41,648 bases of DNA from a virus (lineage: Duplodnaviria; Caudoviricetes), in the IMG/VR virus record IMGVR_UViG_3300037483_000883, positions 1-41,648 of that record; one strand, 5' to 3'. Each line of letters opens with the position of its first letter. Within the stretch, counting starts at the first letter, position 1. A model generated the notes under the pieces. That model worked only from the letters and a program-made list of their open reading frames with translations, was not told where the DNA came from and did not search any database. A program made the translations under genes and the position numbers. Below are positions 23,868 through 33,614 of this stretch, piece after piece.

Positions 23868-25258
23868 TACGCGAGACTCCTCACGACGATCTCGCCGGGC
23901 ACGAGCAGCTCGATCGTCGTGTCGTTGGGGAACACCGGATCGACCGCCAGGACCGCGGCCGCCGGCGTCACGCACTCGACGTCGCGCGTGCCCTCGACCG
24001 CCAGCGCGGCCGACTCGAGGCGCTGCGGCTTGACGTCCGAGTCCCACTCCCCGGTGCCGTAGTCGCCGACCGCCGGGCCCAGGCCGTCGAGGTAGGCGAG
24101 CAGCGCGGCGCGCACCGCCGCCGTGAGGTTGCCGCCGGCGTAGACGTCGTCGGTCGCCACCGGCGCGACGGTCGGTACGGTATCGGCGGTGATCACCACC
24201 GAGTCAGTCGAGCTCAGCGACTCGATCTCGAGCGGCGCGCCGGAGCCGTCGCCCGCGGCCGTCTTGATCACGAGCCGGTGACCCTCGGCCATGTCGCCCG
24301 GGCGGTCTGCGGTGAACTGCAGCACGCGCGTGCCGGCGGTCCATGCCGCGACCTCGAGCGGGCCGCCGCTGTCGTCCCAGTCGAACGCCCACTCGGCGCC
24401 GGGCCGGGGCTTGACGCGCAGATCAACGTCGACCTCGGTGGCGGTCACCTCGAGGACGCGGAAGCTCTTCTTCGCCACCGGCCGAAGGTCAGCCAGGTAG
24501 GCGAGCAGCTCGGTGCGCTCAGTGCCGGTGAGTAGCCGGACGGAGCCACTGCCGGCGTGCAGCGCGGCCAGGTCCACAGAGCCGCGGCCGCGGCGCAGCG
24601 GGTAGACGTAGGCCGAGGCGATACCGGTGACCTCGAGCGCCCAGGTCCTGTAGTCGTTGGCGTTGCCGCCCATGCCCGGCTGGGCGATGCGGTCAAGGAT
24701 GCGCACGCGGTACTCGCCGTCGCTCTCGGCGTCGACGCCGTCCTGGTCGAGGTCGAGCTGCAGCTCGGCGGCCGCGTTGATGCCCGCCGGCGGCGAGGCA
24801 AAGGTGAGCTCCTCGCCGGCGTTGAGCCGGGTGGCGCTGCCGACATCGATCGCGACGCAGTCCACGTCAACGAAGAGGCCCGCCGGGATGACGCCGGCCT
24901 CGTTGACCTGGAAGCGCTGGCCGCTCGCGTGCGTGAGCTCGTCGCCGATCGCCACGGTCGCGGCCGCCGTGCCGGTGACGCGCAGCGCGTTCGAGCCGCG
25001 CGCTGGCGTCGCCCCCTTGCGGAGCACGCCCCAGATGCGCCCGAGCCGGTCGAGCGCAGCGCCTTCGGCCGTGTCGGGGAAGAGGTCATCGTAGGTAACC
25101 TGGGCCGAGTGCATGAGCGCCCAGGTCGCGAGCGCCAGCACGCGGGTGCGCTTCCAGTTGTCCGAGCTCCACGCCAGGTTCGCGCCGGGGAAGCGCGCCT
25201 GGTAGTCGGCGACGAGCCGCTCGTGGAGCTCGCCGAGGCTGGGGATGGTGAGGGACAT
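23867..25258 (-). CDS. Baseplate J-like protein (Mu gp47)
   Basis: FPDTAEG..LDR.G...G..RK.AT.A, G.D.ESD.EYR.RI, GGN..DY..WALEV.GI..AYVYP..RG.GSVD. Confidence 0.93.
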   Translation of the reverse strand: MSLTIPSLGELHERLVADYQARFPGANLAWSSDNWKRTRVLALATWALMHSAQVTYDDLFPDTAEGAALDRLGRIWGVLRKGATPARGSNALRVTGTAAATVAIGDELTHASGQRFQVNEAGVIPAGLFVDVDCVAIDVGSATRLNAGEELTFASPPAGINAAAELQLDLDQDGVDAESDGEYRVRILDRIAQPGMGGNANDYRTWALEVTGIASAYVYPLRRGRGSVDLAALHAGSGSVRLLTGTERTELLAYLADLRPVAKKSFRVLEVTATEVDVDLRVKPRPGAEWAFDWDDSGGPLEVAAWTAGTRVLQFTADRPGDMAEGHRLVIKTAAGDGSGAPLEIESLSSTDSVVITADTVPTVAPVATDDVYAGGNLTAAVRAALLAYLDGLGPAVGDYGTGEWDSDVKPQRLESAALAVEGTRDVECVTPAAAVLAVDPVFPNDTTIELLVPGEIVVRSLA

Positions 25259-25261
25259 GGA

Positions 25262-25642
25262 TCAGGCGTTGAACGGCAGGACCGTGGTCACCACGAGCTC
25301 CTCGCCGGACTGCAGGTCACGGCAAGTAGTCTCGATGGCGATCCGGTTCACGTCGCGTTCGACGACGATCTCGGGCTCGGAGATGAGGCCCTCGGCGACG
25401 AGCGGCCGGAGGCACTCGCGCGCCATGTCCTCGAGGACCTGGGGCGTGCGCAAGCTGTTCTTCGCGCGCGCGAGGGTGTGGAAGCGCGAGCCGGCCAGGT
25501 CGTCACCGGCCCAGCTGCCGAGCTCGCCCTGGAGCTGGTGATGGATCGCGGTCTGCGCGGTCATCGTCGTCTCGGTGCCGCCGGCGCCGTCGTCGATGTA
25601 GTCCCCGGTCACCGGGTCGATCGTGCGGTCCCATCCGGGCAT
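25262..25642 (-). CDS. Baseplate protein (Mu gp46-like)
   Basis: GSWAGD...GSR.H.L.R.K......E..ARECL.PL...G. Confidence 0.85.
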   Translation of the reverse strand: MPGWDRTIDPVTGDYIDDGAGGTETTMTAQTAIHHQLQGELGSWAGDDLAGSRFHTLARAKNSLRTPQVLEDMARECLRPLVAEGLISEPEIVVERDVNRIAIETTCRDLQSGEELVVTTVLPFNA

Positions 25643-25644
25643 GA

Positions 25645-26193
25645 TTACTCTCCCTTGAGCTTGGTGGTGCCGACCGGGAAGCCGCTGAGGGCGGCCACGA
25701 TCTGCGTCTGCAGCTGGGCGCCTCCATCGTTGGCCAGCGGGACAGCGTTGGTGATGGCATCGACCACCGCCTCGACGTCCGCCTTGGTGGCGAGCGCCAC
25801 CGCGGTGCCATCGATCGTCCCGATCTCGATGGTTCCGTCGGCCTTGACGAGGACCTTCGACGTGCTGGTGAAGATCGCGGTTTCGTCGGCCTCGAGCTCG
25901 ATGCGCGTGCCCTCGTCCCGGGTCGCCACGATCACCGAGTGCCCGCCGGCGGCGCCGACCTTGAGCAGGATCGCCTCGGCGTTGCCGCCGTCGGCCGGCC
26001 GGCTGTGAAACCCGATGCCGCCGAACACGGGCACGTCGGCCTCGCGCTCGCCCTCGTAGCCGCCGACCTGCCAGCGGCCGCCGCCAGTGCCGAGCACGTA
26101 GACCCGGCGGATCGCCGAGCGCAGCATCTGCGCGAGCTCGCGCGCGTTCTTGCCGATGCCGAGCGTGCTCGGTCGCTTCGGGTCCCAGCTCAC
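25645..26193 (-). CDS. Baseplate spike/assembly protein (Mu gp45-like)
   Basis: GF.SRP..G.AEAILL.VG....H.V.VAT.D...R..L...ETAIF; GTG 26193 overlaps the upstream stop. Confidence 0.85.
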   Translation of the reverse strand: MSWDPKRPSTLGIGKNARELAQMLRSAIRRVYVLGTGGGRWQVGGYEGEREADVPVFGGIGFHSRPADGGNAEAILLKVGAAGGHSVIVATRDEGTRIELEADETAIFTSTSKVLVKADGTIEIGTIDGTAVALATKADVEAVVDAITNAVPLANDGGAQLQTQIVAALSGFPVGTTKLKGE

Positions 26194-27461
26194 AGGCTGA
26201 GCTCCGTCCACTCCGGGACGAGTGTCAGGCTCGTCATCTCGCCGTCGTCGGCGTTGCTCGTGTATCGACACCCGGTGATGAGCCAACGGCCGCCCACCTC
26301 GATGCCCTCCTCGAGGACGTCGACGATGGTGTCGAACGCGTAGATCGCCTCGGGGCTGCTGCGGTTGTAGCGCTGGCCGTGGCCGTCCGCCACGATGCGC
26401 GCCGCGCGCCGGGTCTTGTCGCGCAGGGCCATCTCGCGGTTACTGCGCGACAGGGCGTCGCGCTGGCTCTTGACCTCGTCGTCCGCGATGATGAGCCGCT
26501 TGGGGTGCAGGAAGTCGTCGCCGATGCCGTCCGCGCCGGGGCCCTGCTCGGCGCTGGCGATGACCTGTAGCGCGCGACCATAGGTCGCGCCATCGCCCCT
26601 GGTCGTGCCCATCACCGAGATCTGCGAGTAGCGATCCTCTACCGAGTCGATGAGCTCGAAGTCGATCGCATTGGCGTACCCGCGGCGCTGGCTATGCGAA
26701 TCCTTCGGGACGAAGAACTGAAACTGTGGCTCCTGCGCGTGGTTCGGGATGCCGATCACCAGCGCCTTGCCGTCGGCCGTCGACCACGCCAGGAGATGCG
26801 CCGGCTCGAGCACCGAGCGCAGCACGTCCGCGCGCGTCTGGCCCGGCTCCACCTTCTTGGGGACCTTCGACGCCTCAAAGAGGCCGCCGGGGTTGCGCAC
26901 CTTGCCGTAGACGATGAGCTGCCCGTCGAGGCTCTTGACCTGCGTCTTGGAGTACTTCGCGAGCAGCGCCTGCTTGGCGGCCACCTCCTCCGCCGTGGAC
27001 GGCTCCGCCCAGGCGCTGGCGAGCACGGCGCGACGACCGCGCACGAGGGCGCGGTTCGAGAAGTTCGAGAACCGGATCTCGGGGAACCACTCGCCCGCGA
27101 CCTTGCGCGCCAGCTCCGCCAGGTCGAGCTTGCCGAGCTGCTCGGTGAGCGGCATCGACTCGTCCTCGAGGCGGCCTCCCCGGTCGCGGCCGCTGATACT
27201 CAGGACGCCGCCGCTGTCCCGGCTCTTCTTGTAGCCGCGAGTGCCGATGAAGCCAGTAAGGATCTTGGTGTCGTCGACGTAGACCTGCACCTCACTGTCG
27301 AGCCGGCAGATCTCGAACAGCGAGCGGTCCGCCGGCGCCAGCTCGAGTGAGAAGTCGTCGGCCAGCGAGAGCATGTCCGTCTCGATCTCGTAGCTCGTCC
27401 AGCGCTCGATCCGCTCGCTGCCGATCTGCACCGAGACGTTATGCCGTCGAGGCTTCGCCAC
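26190..27461 (-). CDS. Baseplate hub protein (Mu gp44/P-like)
   Basis: W.SYEI..D....AD.FSL, ILTGFI, ISGRD..G.L.D.S, VEPGQT, DRYS.I.V.G. Confidence 0.9.
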   Translation of the reverse strand: MAKPRRHNVSVQIGSERIERWTSYEIETDMLSLADDFSLELAPADRSLFEICRLDSEVQVYVDDTKILTGFIGTRGYKKSRDSGGVLSISGRDRGGRLEDESMPLTEQLGKLDLAELARKVAGEWFPEIRFSNFSNRALVRGRRAVLASAWAEPSTAEEVAAKQALLAKYSKTQVKSLDGQLIVYGKVRNPGGLFEASKVPKKVEPGQTRADVLRSVLEPAHLLAWSTADGKALVIGIPNHAQEPQFQFFVPKDSHSQRRGYANAIDFELIDSVEDRYSQISVMGTTRGDGATYGRALQVIASAEQGPGADGIGDDFLHPKRLIIADDEVKSQRDALSRSNREMALRDKTRRAARIVADGHGQRYNRSSPEAIYAFDTIVDVLEEGIEVGGRWLITGCRYTSNADDGEMTSLTLVPEWTELSL

Positions 27462-28345
27462 TACGGCGCCTCGACGACGAGCAGCGTGCCTCGCTCGACC
27501 GCGGCAGGGTTGCGGAGCTTATTGAGCTCGAGGGTTTGGCCGTACTTCTCGGCCGCGCGGGCGCCGCCGTAGAGCTCCTGCAGGATCGACATCAGCGGCC
27601 GCGTCGCCCGCACCTCGTAGGTCGTGAGGGTCGGCGCCTCGGCGATGTACCGGTTGGCGAGCTTGCGGAGCTGGCTGTGCAGCTGGCCCAGCCCGACGAT
27701 GAGCGGGTAGTTGGCGACGTCGGCCGCCAGGTCAAGGCGGTCGAGCTCGACCTGGAGGTCGTTGGTGAGCCGGTTGACCTCGAGGTTCACGCGGCGCGCG
27801 TTGAGCTCGCTCGGCGCGGCCACGTCCCAGGCGTCGAGCTGCGCGGTGATCTCGGCGGGAACCGTGGAGCCACCAAGCGCCTCGAGGGCTGGTGTCACCG
27901 TCGCGATCGCGGCGTCGACCCGGCTGCGATCGGCTGCAGACGCTGCGGAGATGCGCGCGCCGAGCCCCGACTCTTGCGCGTGGTCCTCGACAAACGTGCA
28001 GCTGATCTCGAGGTAGTCGCGATCTTCGGCGCTCGCCGTCGGCTGCGGGTCCTCGCACCAGGCCAGCATCGAGCCCCAGAGCGGGTGCACGAAGAGCTGA
28101 GCCTCGGGCCGGTCGGCCGCCTCGAGGAACGCCTCGGCGCTGGCGATCGCGCCGGGCGGCATGAACACCAGCGTCACCGACGTCTCGCGCGGCTCGCGGC
28201 CGAGGTCGGTAATGAGCGCCCCGTCCTGGTGTGGACGCCGATGGCGCACCCGCACCCGGCGCCGGCTGTCCTGGGTGTTGAGCACGTGCAACGGCAGGCC
28301 CGCGAACTCCGCGTCGAAGAGCTCACTCTCGAATTCGTCGCTCAT
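27461..28345 (-). CDS. Mu gp43/N-like (DNA circularization N-terminal domain) protein with LysM-like C-terminus
   Basis: A.F.G.P..V, H..P..DG....DLGR, FVHPLWG, FVE; C-terminal L..I..ELYG........LN.LRNP..V..GT.L. Confidence 0.88.
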   Translation of the reverse strand: MSDEFESELFDAEFAGLPLHVLNTQDSRRRVRVRHRRPHQDGALITDLGREPRETSVTLVFMPPGAIASAEAFLEAADRPEAQLFVHPLWGSMLAWCEDPQPTASAEDRDYLEISCTFVEDHAQESGLGARISAASAADRSRVDAAIATVTPALEALGGSTVPAEITAQLDAWDVAAPSELNARRVNLEVNRLTNDLQVELDRLDLAADVANYPLIVGLGQLHSQLRKLANRYIAEAPTLTTYEVRATRPLMSILQELYGGARAAEKYGQTLELNKLRNPAAVERGTLLVVEAP

Positions 28346-30147
28346 CGTCGCGTCCGTCCCTTCCGCTCCTTGCGCTCCTCAGCCTTGAGTAGACCCTGCT
28401 GATCCACGGTGATCGCCACCTGGACGAGGCGCTCCGTTTCCGAGCCGGCGTTCTGCGCCGCTTCGATCGCCGCGCCGCGCTTCGCCAGTCGCTCCACACG
28501 CTCCTGCTCGGCCGCCTCCTTATAGAGCTGCTGCGACCGGAGCTTCAGCGCTTCGCGATAGCCGTCTGCGACCTCGACGTCCTCGAAGCGCTGGTGCTCG
28601 GGCTGCAGCGCGCCGGCGACGCCGCCGACGCCGACGCCCTTGGCAAAGCCCCAGAACCGATCGCCGCTGCTCTGCTGCTTGCGCCGCCGCACCTTGCCCG
28701 CGGCGTTGAGCGCCGCCTGCTGGCGCTTGCCCGCGGCGGTGGACGTATCGATCTCGCCGGCGTCGGTATCGAGGCTCTTGCTGATGCCGAGCTCGTTGTC
28801 GATGTAGCGACCGATCGCGATGCCCAGGGCGGCCGCCGCCGCGATGCCGAACCCGGTGCCGAGCTTGCCGGCCATGCCGCCGGCGTTGCCGAGCAGCGCC
28901 TTCAGGCCGCCCGCCGCGCGGAGCTCGCGCACGAAGCGGATCAGCGACAGTAGTCCCGGCCCGATCTTCATCGCGAGCAGGGCGCCGCCGACCACGTAGA
29001 GGTGGTCGGCCAGGAAGCCGACCAGGTCGGACACCATCTCCATCGCGGCCGCGAACTTCTCGATCCGCGCGGGCGTAATCGCCTCGTAGATCTTGTTCTT
29101 GAGCCGCGTCCAGGCGCGCTCCATCCGCGCGGCCGAGCTCGCCTGGTATTTCAGGTACTGCGCCTGCACCGCGTCGCTCTTGAGCCCCTCGTTCTTCAGG
29201 TCCTCGATGTCGGCGAGGTCCTTGATCATCGTGTCGAGCGCGCGCACCGCTTCGCCGCGGCCGCCGAGGGCCTTCTGCAGCTTGGTCGGATCCTTCATCA
29301 GCTTGCTGCGCGAGATGTCCCGCACGATCGTCGACATGTTGCGCAGCCGCTTCACGCCGCCCGGGCCGGTGTCGTAGACCTTGACGCCGGCCCTCTTGAG
29401 CTTGCCCGCGCTGCGAGTGATCGACGTCATCAGCGCCATGTAGCCGGTCGCCGCCTCGGCGCCGGAGCCGAACCCTCGACGCACGACCTGCAGGCTCGCG
29501 CCGAGCTCAGACAACCCCTCGACGCCGGCGTTGCCGAAGTTCGGGAACTGCGCGGTGACCGAGGCCATCAGGGTGCTGAGCTCCTTGAGCTCGATGGCGC
29601 CCGCGTTGCCCTGGAAGGTCAGCACCGAGAACGCTTTCTCGAAGTCCTTCGGATCGATCTTGAGGTTCTGCTTGAGCGCCGCCGCCGTACCGGCGATGTC
29701 CGACATCGCGGCGCCGGTACCGCTCGCGACCTTCGCGAAGGTCTCCATTGCGCTCGCCGCGCCGTCCATGTCGCCCGTGAGCGTGACGTAGGCCTCCGCG
29801 CCGTCGAGCACCTCGTCCTTCGAGACGCCCATCTCGTCGCTGATCTGGCGCATGCGGCCGCTCATCAGCGACATCTCCGCCGAGGTGCGCCCGCCCTGGA
29901 TCCCGAGGCGCGTGAGCCGCTTCTCGAAGTTGAAGGCGGACTTGGCCATCGCGCCGAACAGACCGATGCCCGCGAAACCCGCGAGCGTGCCGAGTGTGCG
30001 CTTCACGCCGGCAAAGCCGCGGTTGACGTCCTTGGCGGCCTTCGTCCCGAAGCGCTTCAGCTTGCGGTTCGCCTCACGGAGACCGCGGTCGAGCTTTCGA
30101 CTGCGCGCACCGACTTCGAACTCTGCTTTGCGTGCTCCGCGTGCCAT
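28342..30147 (-). CDS. Tail tape measure protein (TP901-type core)
   Basis: Helical Ala-rich, G..G..ELKEL...GS..EAAT, follows the chaperone gene. Confidence 0.9.
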   Translation of the reverse strand: MARGARKAEFEVGARSRKLDRGLREANRKLKRFGTKAAKDVNRGFAGVKRTLGTLAGFAGIGLFGAMAKSAFNFEKRLTRLGIQGGRTSAEMSLMSGRMRQISDEMGVSKDEVLDGAEAYVTLTGDMDGAASAMETFAKVASGTGAAMSDIAGTAAALKQNLKIDPKDFEKAFSVLTFQGNAGAIELKELSTLMASVTAQFPNFGNAGVEGLSELGASLQVVRRGFGSGAEAATGYMALMTSITRSAGKLKRAGVKVYDTGPGGVKRLRNMSTIVRDISRSKLMKDPTKLQKALGGRGEAVRALDTMIKDLADIEDLKNEGLKSDAVQAQYLKYQASSAARMERAWTRLKNKIYEAITPARIEKFAAAMEMVSDLVGFLADHLYVVGGALLAMKIGPGLLSLIRFVRELRAAGGLKALLGNAGGMAGKLGTGFGIAAAAALGIAIGRYIDNELGISKSLDTDAGEIDTSTAAGKRQQAALNAAGKVRRRKQQSSGDRFWGFAKGVGVGGVAGALQPEHQRFEDVEVADGYREALKLRSQQLYKEAAEQERVERLAKRGAAIEAAQNAGSETERLVQVAITVDQQGLLKAEERKERKGRTRR

Positions 30148-30888
30148 CGGGTGTCGTGGGCTTCCTGTTGCCGCGGCCGACTACGACGCCCCTCTTGCTC
30201 GAGCCCGTCTTGCCGCGCCGTTTTTTCTGCTCTTCGACCTCCGTCAGGACGGCGTCGAATTCGAGGAGCTCCCAGAAGGTGACGTCGACTGCTGGCCGAC
30301 CAAAGTGAGCAAACAGCGCGCCAGCGTGCGTGAACCGAAGTTGATCAACGGTCCCAACGACTCCGCGGGCTTTTTTTTTGCGAGGGCCACGATGGCGCCG
30401 AGCTCCTGCTCGCCCAGGTCCGTCGGCTCCGGGTCGCACTCCTCCTCGAAGTCGAGGTAGTGGGTCACGAGGATGTCGCGCTCGTTGGCATCGAGCAGGT
30501 CGCGCAGCTCGTCGACGTTCGCCGCCAGCGGCCGTGGGTAGGGGTTGCGCGGATCGGCGCCGGCCTCGTCGGGGTCACGCATCGCCACGGCCAAGATCTG
30601 CCAGCTCGCCTCGTCCTCGAGGTCGCTGGCGCCGAGTAGCTCGAGCGGAATGCCGATCGAGTGAATGCGCGCCACGGCCAGCGACCGGACGAGCTGCCGC
30701 TCGGTGCCATTGAGCAGCCGCCACCGGAACGGGATCGCTTCGGGGGTGCCCGATGGCCCGGCCGGAATCAGCCCCGGCTTGGTCGCGCGGCCGCTGTTCC
30801 GGTACCGCGCGAGCTTCGAGCTGGCGTCGATCTCGGCCGACGAGGCCTTGGCGGCCTCGCGCAGGGCCTCGCGGTTCCGCACCGTCAC
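30074..30888 (-). CDS. Frameshift-extended chaperone (gpGT analogue) via -1 shift at A AAA AAG (30376-30370)
   Basis: GCA AAA AAA AAG CCC; the -1 frame is open to 30074 (KKARGVVGTVDQLRF...FGRP..D.TFWELLEF). Confidence 0.75.
30244..30888 (-). CDS. Tail assembly chaperone (gpG analogue)
   Basis: Between tube and tape measure; contains a slippery A9G run. Confidence 0.8.
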   Translation of the reverse strand: MTVRNREALREAAKASSAEIDASSKLARYRNSGRATKPGLIPAGPSGTPEAIPFRWRLLNGTERQLVRSLAVARIHSIGIPLELLGASDLEDEASWQILAVAMRDPDEAGADPRNPYPRPLAANVDELRDLLDANERDILVTHYLDFEEECDPEPTDLGEQELGAIVALAKKKPAESLGPLINFGSRTLARCLLTLVGQQSTSPSGSSSNSTPS

Positions 30889-30891
30889 CGG

Positions 30892-31305
30892 CTAGCCCTC
30901 CCGTTCGTGGCCGAGGAAGAGGATGGTCACGTCGTAGGCAGCCTCGCCCTCCTGGGTAAAGCTGCGCTTGATCTCGGTGACGCGGCCGTCCTCGAGGGTG
31001 TAGCGATCGCCGGCCTGGTTGCCGGCGGCCTCCTCATAGAGCAGCTGCACGAGCTCCTTGGTCCGCTTGAGCGCGAACCAATCGACCTCGGGCGGCACGG
31101 TCTGCGCGACCTTGAGCGTGGCCGTGTATTCGGGCACGCCGCTCTTGTGGCCGATCGCCTTCCGGCTCCGGCGCATCGTCTTGACGACGCCAGCACCCGG
31201 GTCGGTGTCGTCGATCTCGAGCTCCATAGCCGTCTGCAGCTCGAGCTGCCCGGTGCTGGGCGCGTCGAGCTCGGTGTACGCGATGTCGATGACGTTGCGG
31301 CCCAT
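30892..31305 (-). CDS. Tail tube protein
   Basis: 137 aa, beta-rich, directly after the sheath; RBS AGGAGG. Confidence 0.8.
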   Translation of the reverse strand: MGRNVIDIAYTELDAPSTGQLELQTAMELEIDDTDPGAGVVKTMRRSRKAIGHKSGVPEYTATLKVAQTVPPEVDWFALKRTKELVQLLYEEAAGNQAGDRYTLEDGRVTEIKRSFTQEGEAAYDVTILFLGHEREG

Positions 31306-31317
31306 GCGGCCCTCCTG

Positions 31318-32736
31318 CTACTCGATGATGAGGTTGACGACGTTGGCGATCTGCTCGAGCGGCGGGACCACCGCGGCCGGGATGGCCACGTTGAGACGCG
31401 TGGCGACGGTGGCGTCGGTCTCGACCACCAGCTCAGCCGCGTGCGCATCGACGTTCTGCCAGACCTCGATCTCCTCGAGGCGCTTCATCGCCCGGAGCGT
31501 CACCGACCGGACCGCTTTGCGCGTGCGCTCGTTCTTCTTCGCGCGCGGGAACGCCAGGCCTTGGGCGATGTCGATCTGCCGGAGCCCCCAGTACATGGAC
31601 CGGGTGATGACGTAGTCGAGCACCTCGAAGAACGGCACCGAGCTGAGCGTCACCTGGGTCACCACCGCGCGCACGATCTTGGCCTCGGTCTGCGCCTCGT
31701 TGGTCGAGAGCATGAAGAGGCCGCCGGCGATCGCGCTGTTGAGTTCCGCGCGCAGCGGGATGTCGCCGGCGTCGGGCAGGTAGAGCGAGGGCAGCGGCAC
31801 GTCCGACCAGGGCCGCGCCGGGTCCGACTCGGCGGCCAGCATTGTGCCGACGTAGGCGGCGATCTCCGCCGGCGTGTTGCGGAAGCCCTCCGCCTGGACC
31901 ACCATCTGCCCGTACTCGTCGGCCGCGGTCGCCAGGGCCTGGCCGGTGGCGATGCTGCCGCGCTCGGCCATCACCGAGTGGCGCCAGCGCTTGGTGGCCG
32001 GGTTCCACGCCTCCGCAATGTGCGCCGCCAGGTCCGCGACGTCGGCGGCCGCGTGATTGGCGATCGCTACGATGTCGTAGTCCTTGTCGAGGAGCAGGTC
32101 GAGGGACGCAGTGATGTCGACCGCGGTGGCGCCGGCGACACTCTGCGCCAGCGCGATGGCGACGCCGGCGGGCTGCGCGATCACCTCGTACTCGACGTCG
32201 TTGCCGTTGACGCCCTCGGTGACGTGCGTGCACGTCACGACGTTGGTCGCGCTCGCGGCCGTCACCGGCAACTCCTTGACCTTGGCGTCGATCGCGGCCT
32301 CGAGGTCGGCGGCGATGTCGTTCTGCACCGCGCCATTGGCAACGCCGAACGTGATCTCGCGGCCGGCGATGCGGATGACGACGGCGCCCGCCTCGGTCGC
32401 CGGACCGGTGACCGTGAGGGTCTGCACCGCGGCGGTCCCGTCCTCGGCGATGCCGATGCCCCAGATCTCGGGCGAGCTGCCGTAGTCGCGCGCCGCCTTC
32501 AGCGCCCAGCGGCACATCAGCGCCAGTTCGGTGCCCGTCCCGAACTTCGCGTCGGCATCGGCCTCGCTGAAGATCTGCGTCGGGGTCGCCGCCGCCACGC
32601 TACCGCCCTTGAGAATGCCGACCAGGACGATCCGCTGGCTGAGAGGCGTGAGCCCGCGAGCGGCGGCGGCGATATTGAACGACGCGTAGCGCCCGGGGAT
32701 GCGGTCCGAGACGGAGAGGCCGGTGTCGATGGTCAT
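31318..32736 (-). CDS. Contractile tail sheath (Mu gpL-like)
   Basis: R.PG.Y..F, A.A.FG.G.EL..M, DPARP...L, I.R.V.T, RL...IP..VV..L. Confidence 0.93.
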   Translation of the reverse strand: MTIDTGLSVSDRIPGRYASFNIAAAARGLTPLSQRIVLVGILKGGSVAAATPTQIFSEADADAKFGTGTELALMCRWALKAARDYGSSPEIWGIGIAEDGTAAVQTLTVTGPATEAGAVVIRIAGREITFGVANGAVQNDIAADLEAAIDAKVKELPVTAASATNVVTCTHVTEGVNGNDVEYEVIAQPAGVAIALAQSVAGATAVDITASLDLLLDKDYDIVAIANHAAADVADLAAHIAEAWNPATKRWRHSVMAERGSIATGQALATAADEYGQMVVQAEGFRNTPAEIAAYVGTMLAAESDPARPWSDVPLPSLYLPDAGDIPLRAELNSAIAGGLFMLSTNEAQTEAKIVRAVVTQVTLSSVPFFEVLDYVITRSMYWGLRQIDIAQGLAFPRAKKNERTRKAVRSVTLRAMKRLEEIEVWQNVDAHAAELVVETDATVATRLNVAIPAAVVPPLEQIANVVNLIIE

Positions 32737-32742
32737 GGCGGG

Positions 32743-32991
32743 CTAGTCCTTCTTGGGCTTCGCGGCGTCTGCAGGCTTGGCGGGCTTGGTGAGAGCCCTC
32801 ACCTCCACCGCGTCGCCCCGACGGATCGCGCGTCGGTAGAACGCATTGTTCGGGACCGTCCGCGGTTCGTCGTGATAGACCATCGTCCGGTCCCGGCCGG
32901 TCGCCTTGTCGATCTTCACTCGATCGCGCTCCATCGGCACCGGTCGATCCGGGTGCGTCGCGCGGATGATCAGGGTCTCTCGCTTGCTCAT
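32743..32991 (-). CDS. Mu gp38/DUF2635-like protein
   Basis: VP...FYRRAIRRGD motif directly upstream of the sheath; ATG 32991. Confidence 0.8.
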   Translation of the reverse strand: MSKRETLIIRATHPDRPVPMERDRVKIDKATGRDRTMVYHDEPRTVPNNAFYRRAIRRGDAVEVRALTKPAKPADAAKPKKD

Positions 32992-33614
32992 GCTGGTACC
33001 TCGAGGTCGATGTCGCCTTCGACCAGCGGGTCGGCGTCCCCGCTGCCGTCGGCGTCGTTGACGCGGTTGCGGATCGATTCGTAGTAGTCGTCGAGCTCGT
33101 CCGGTCGGGGCTGGACGACGTCGCCGGTGATGTCCCAGACCAGGTGCCAGACCGTGAGGTCGCGGCCGCGGATCACCGCTCGCTCGCTCGCCGGGCGAAC
33201 GCCGCCGGCGCCATCGACGCCCAGGTCGATCCACGACAGCAGCGCGCGGATGTCCTCGATCACCTGGTAGATGCCCGGGTCGGTCGAGAGGCCGTCGCCA
33301 CGGATGCGCGCGTCGGCGGAGCGTCGGTTGCCCGAGACGACGAGCAGCTCGACGGTGAAGTCGAGGTCGGCGTCGAGCCGGGCCAGGCGGATGTCACCGT
33401 AGGCCCCGTCGCCAGTGGTCACACCGACGCACGGCGTGCCCGCCGCCAGCAGCGCTCGAAAGTCCGGGTTGTCCTCGGCCGGGCTGAGGTCGCCCGGGTA
33501 CGGCTGCACCGAGGCGAGGTAGCCACCGACCTCGCCGCCCAGGGCCTCGAGGAGCAGCGGCTCGAGCAGCTCGACGACCTTGTCCTCGACCAGCGTACGG
33601 AGCGCCGCGGTCAC
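32988..33614 (-). CDS. Mu gp37-like (DUF1834) tail terminator
   Basis: V..YPG, P...V, N.RS...R..G......G.YQ.IE..R.LL; synteny. Confidence 0.75.
   Translation of the reverse strand: MTAALRTLVEDKVVELLEPLLLEALGGEVGGYLASVQPYPGDLSPAEDNPDFRALLAAGTPCVGVTTGDGAYGDIRLARLDADLDFTVELLVVSGNRRSADARIRGDGLSTDPGIYQVIEDIRALLSWIDLGVDGAGGVRPASERAVIRGRDLTVWHLVWDITGDVVQPRPDELDDYYESIRNRVNDADGSGDADPLVEGDIDLEVPA

Noticed and set aside
30661-33084. 807-aa + strand ORF and similar long antisense ORFs (e.g. 35049-36764, 24557-26008, 7652-8911, 12084-13238)
   Set aside because: Shadow ORFs opposite well-supported genes; high GC3 suppresses stops on the antisense strand and the translations carry no motifs.
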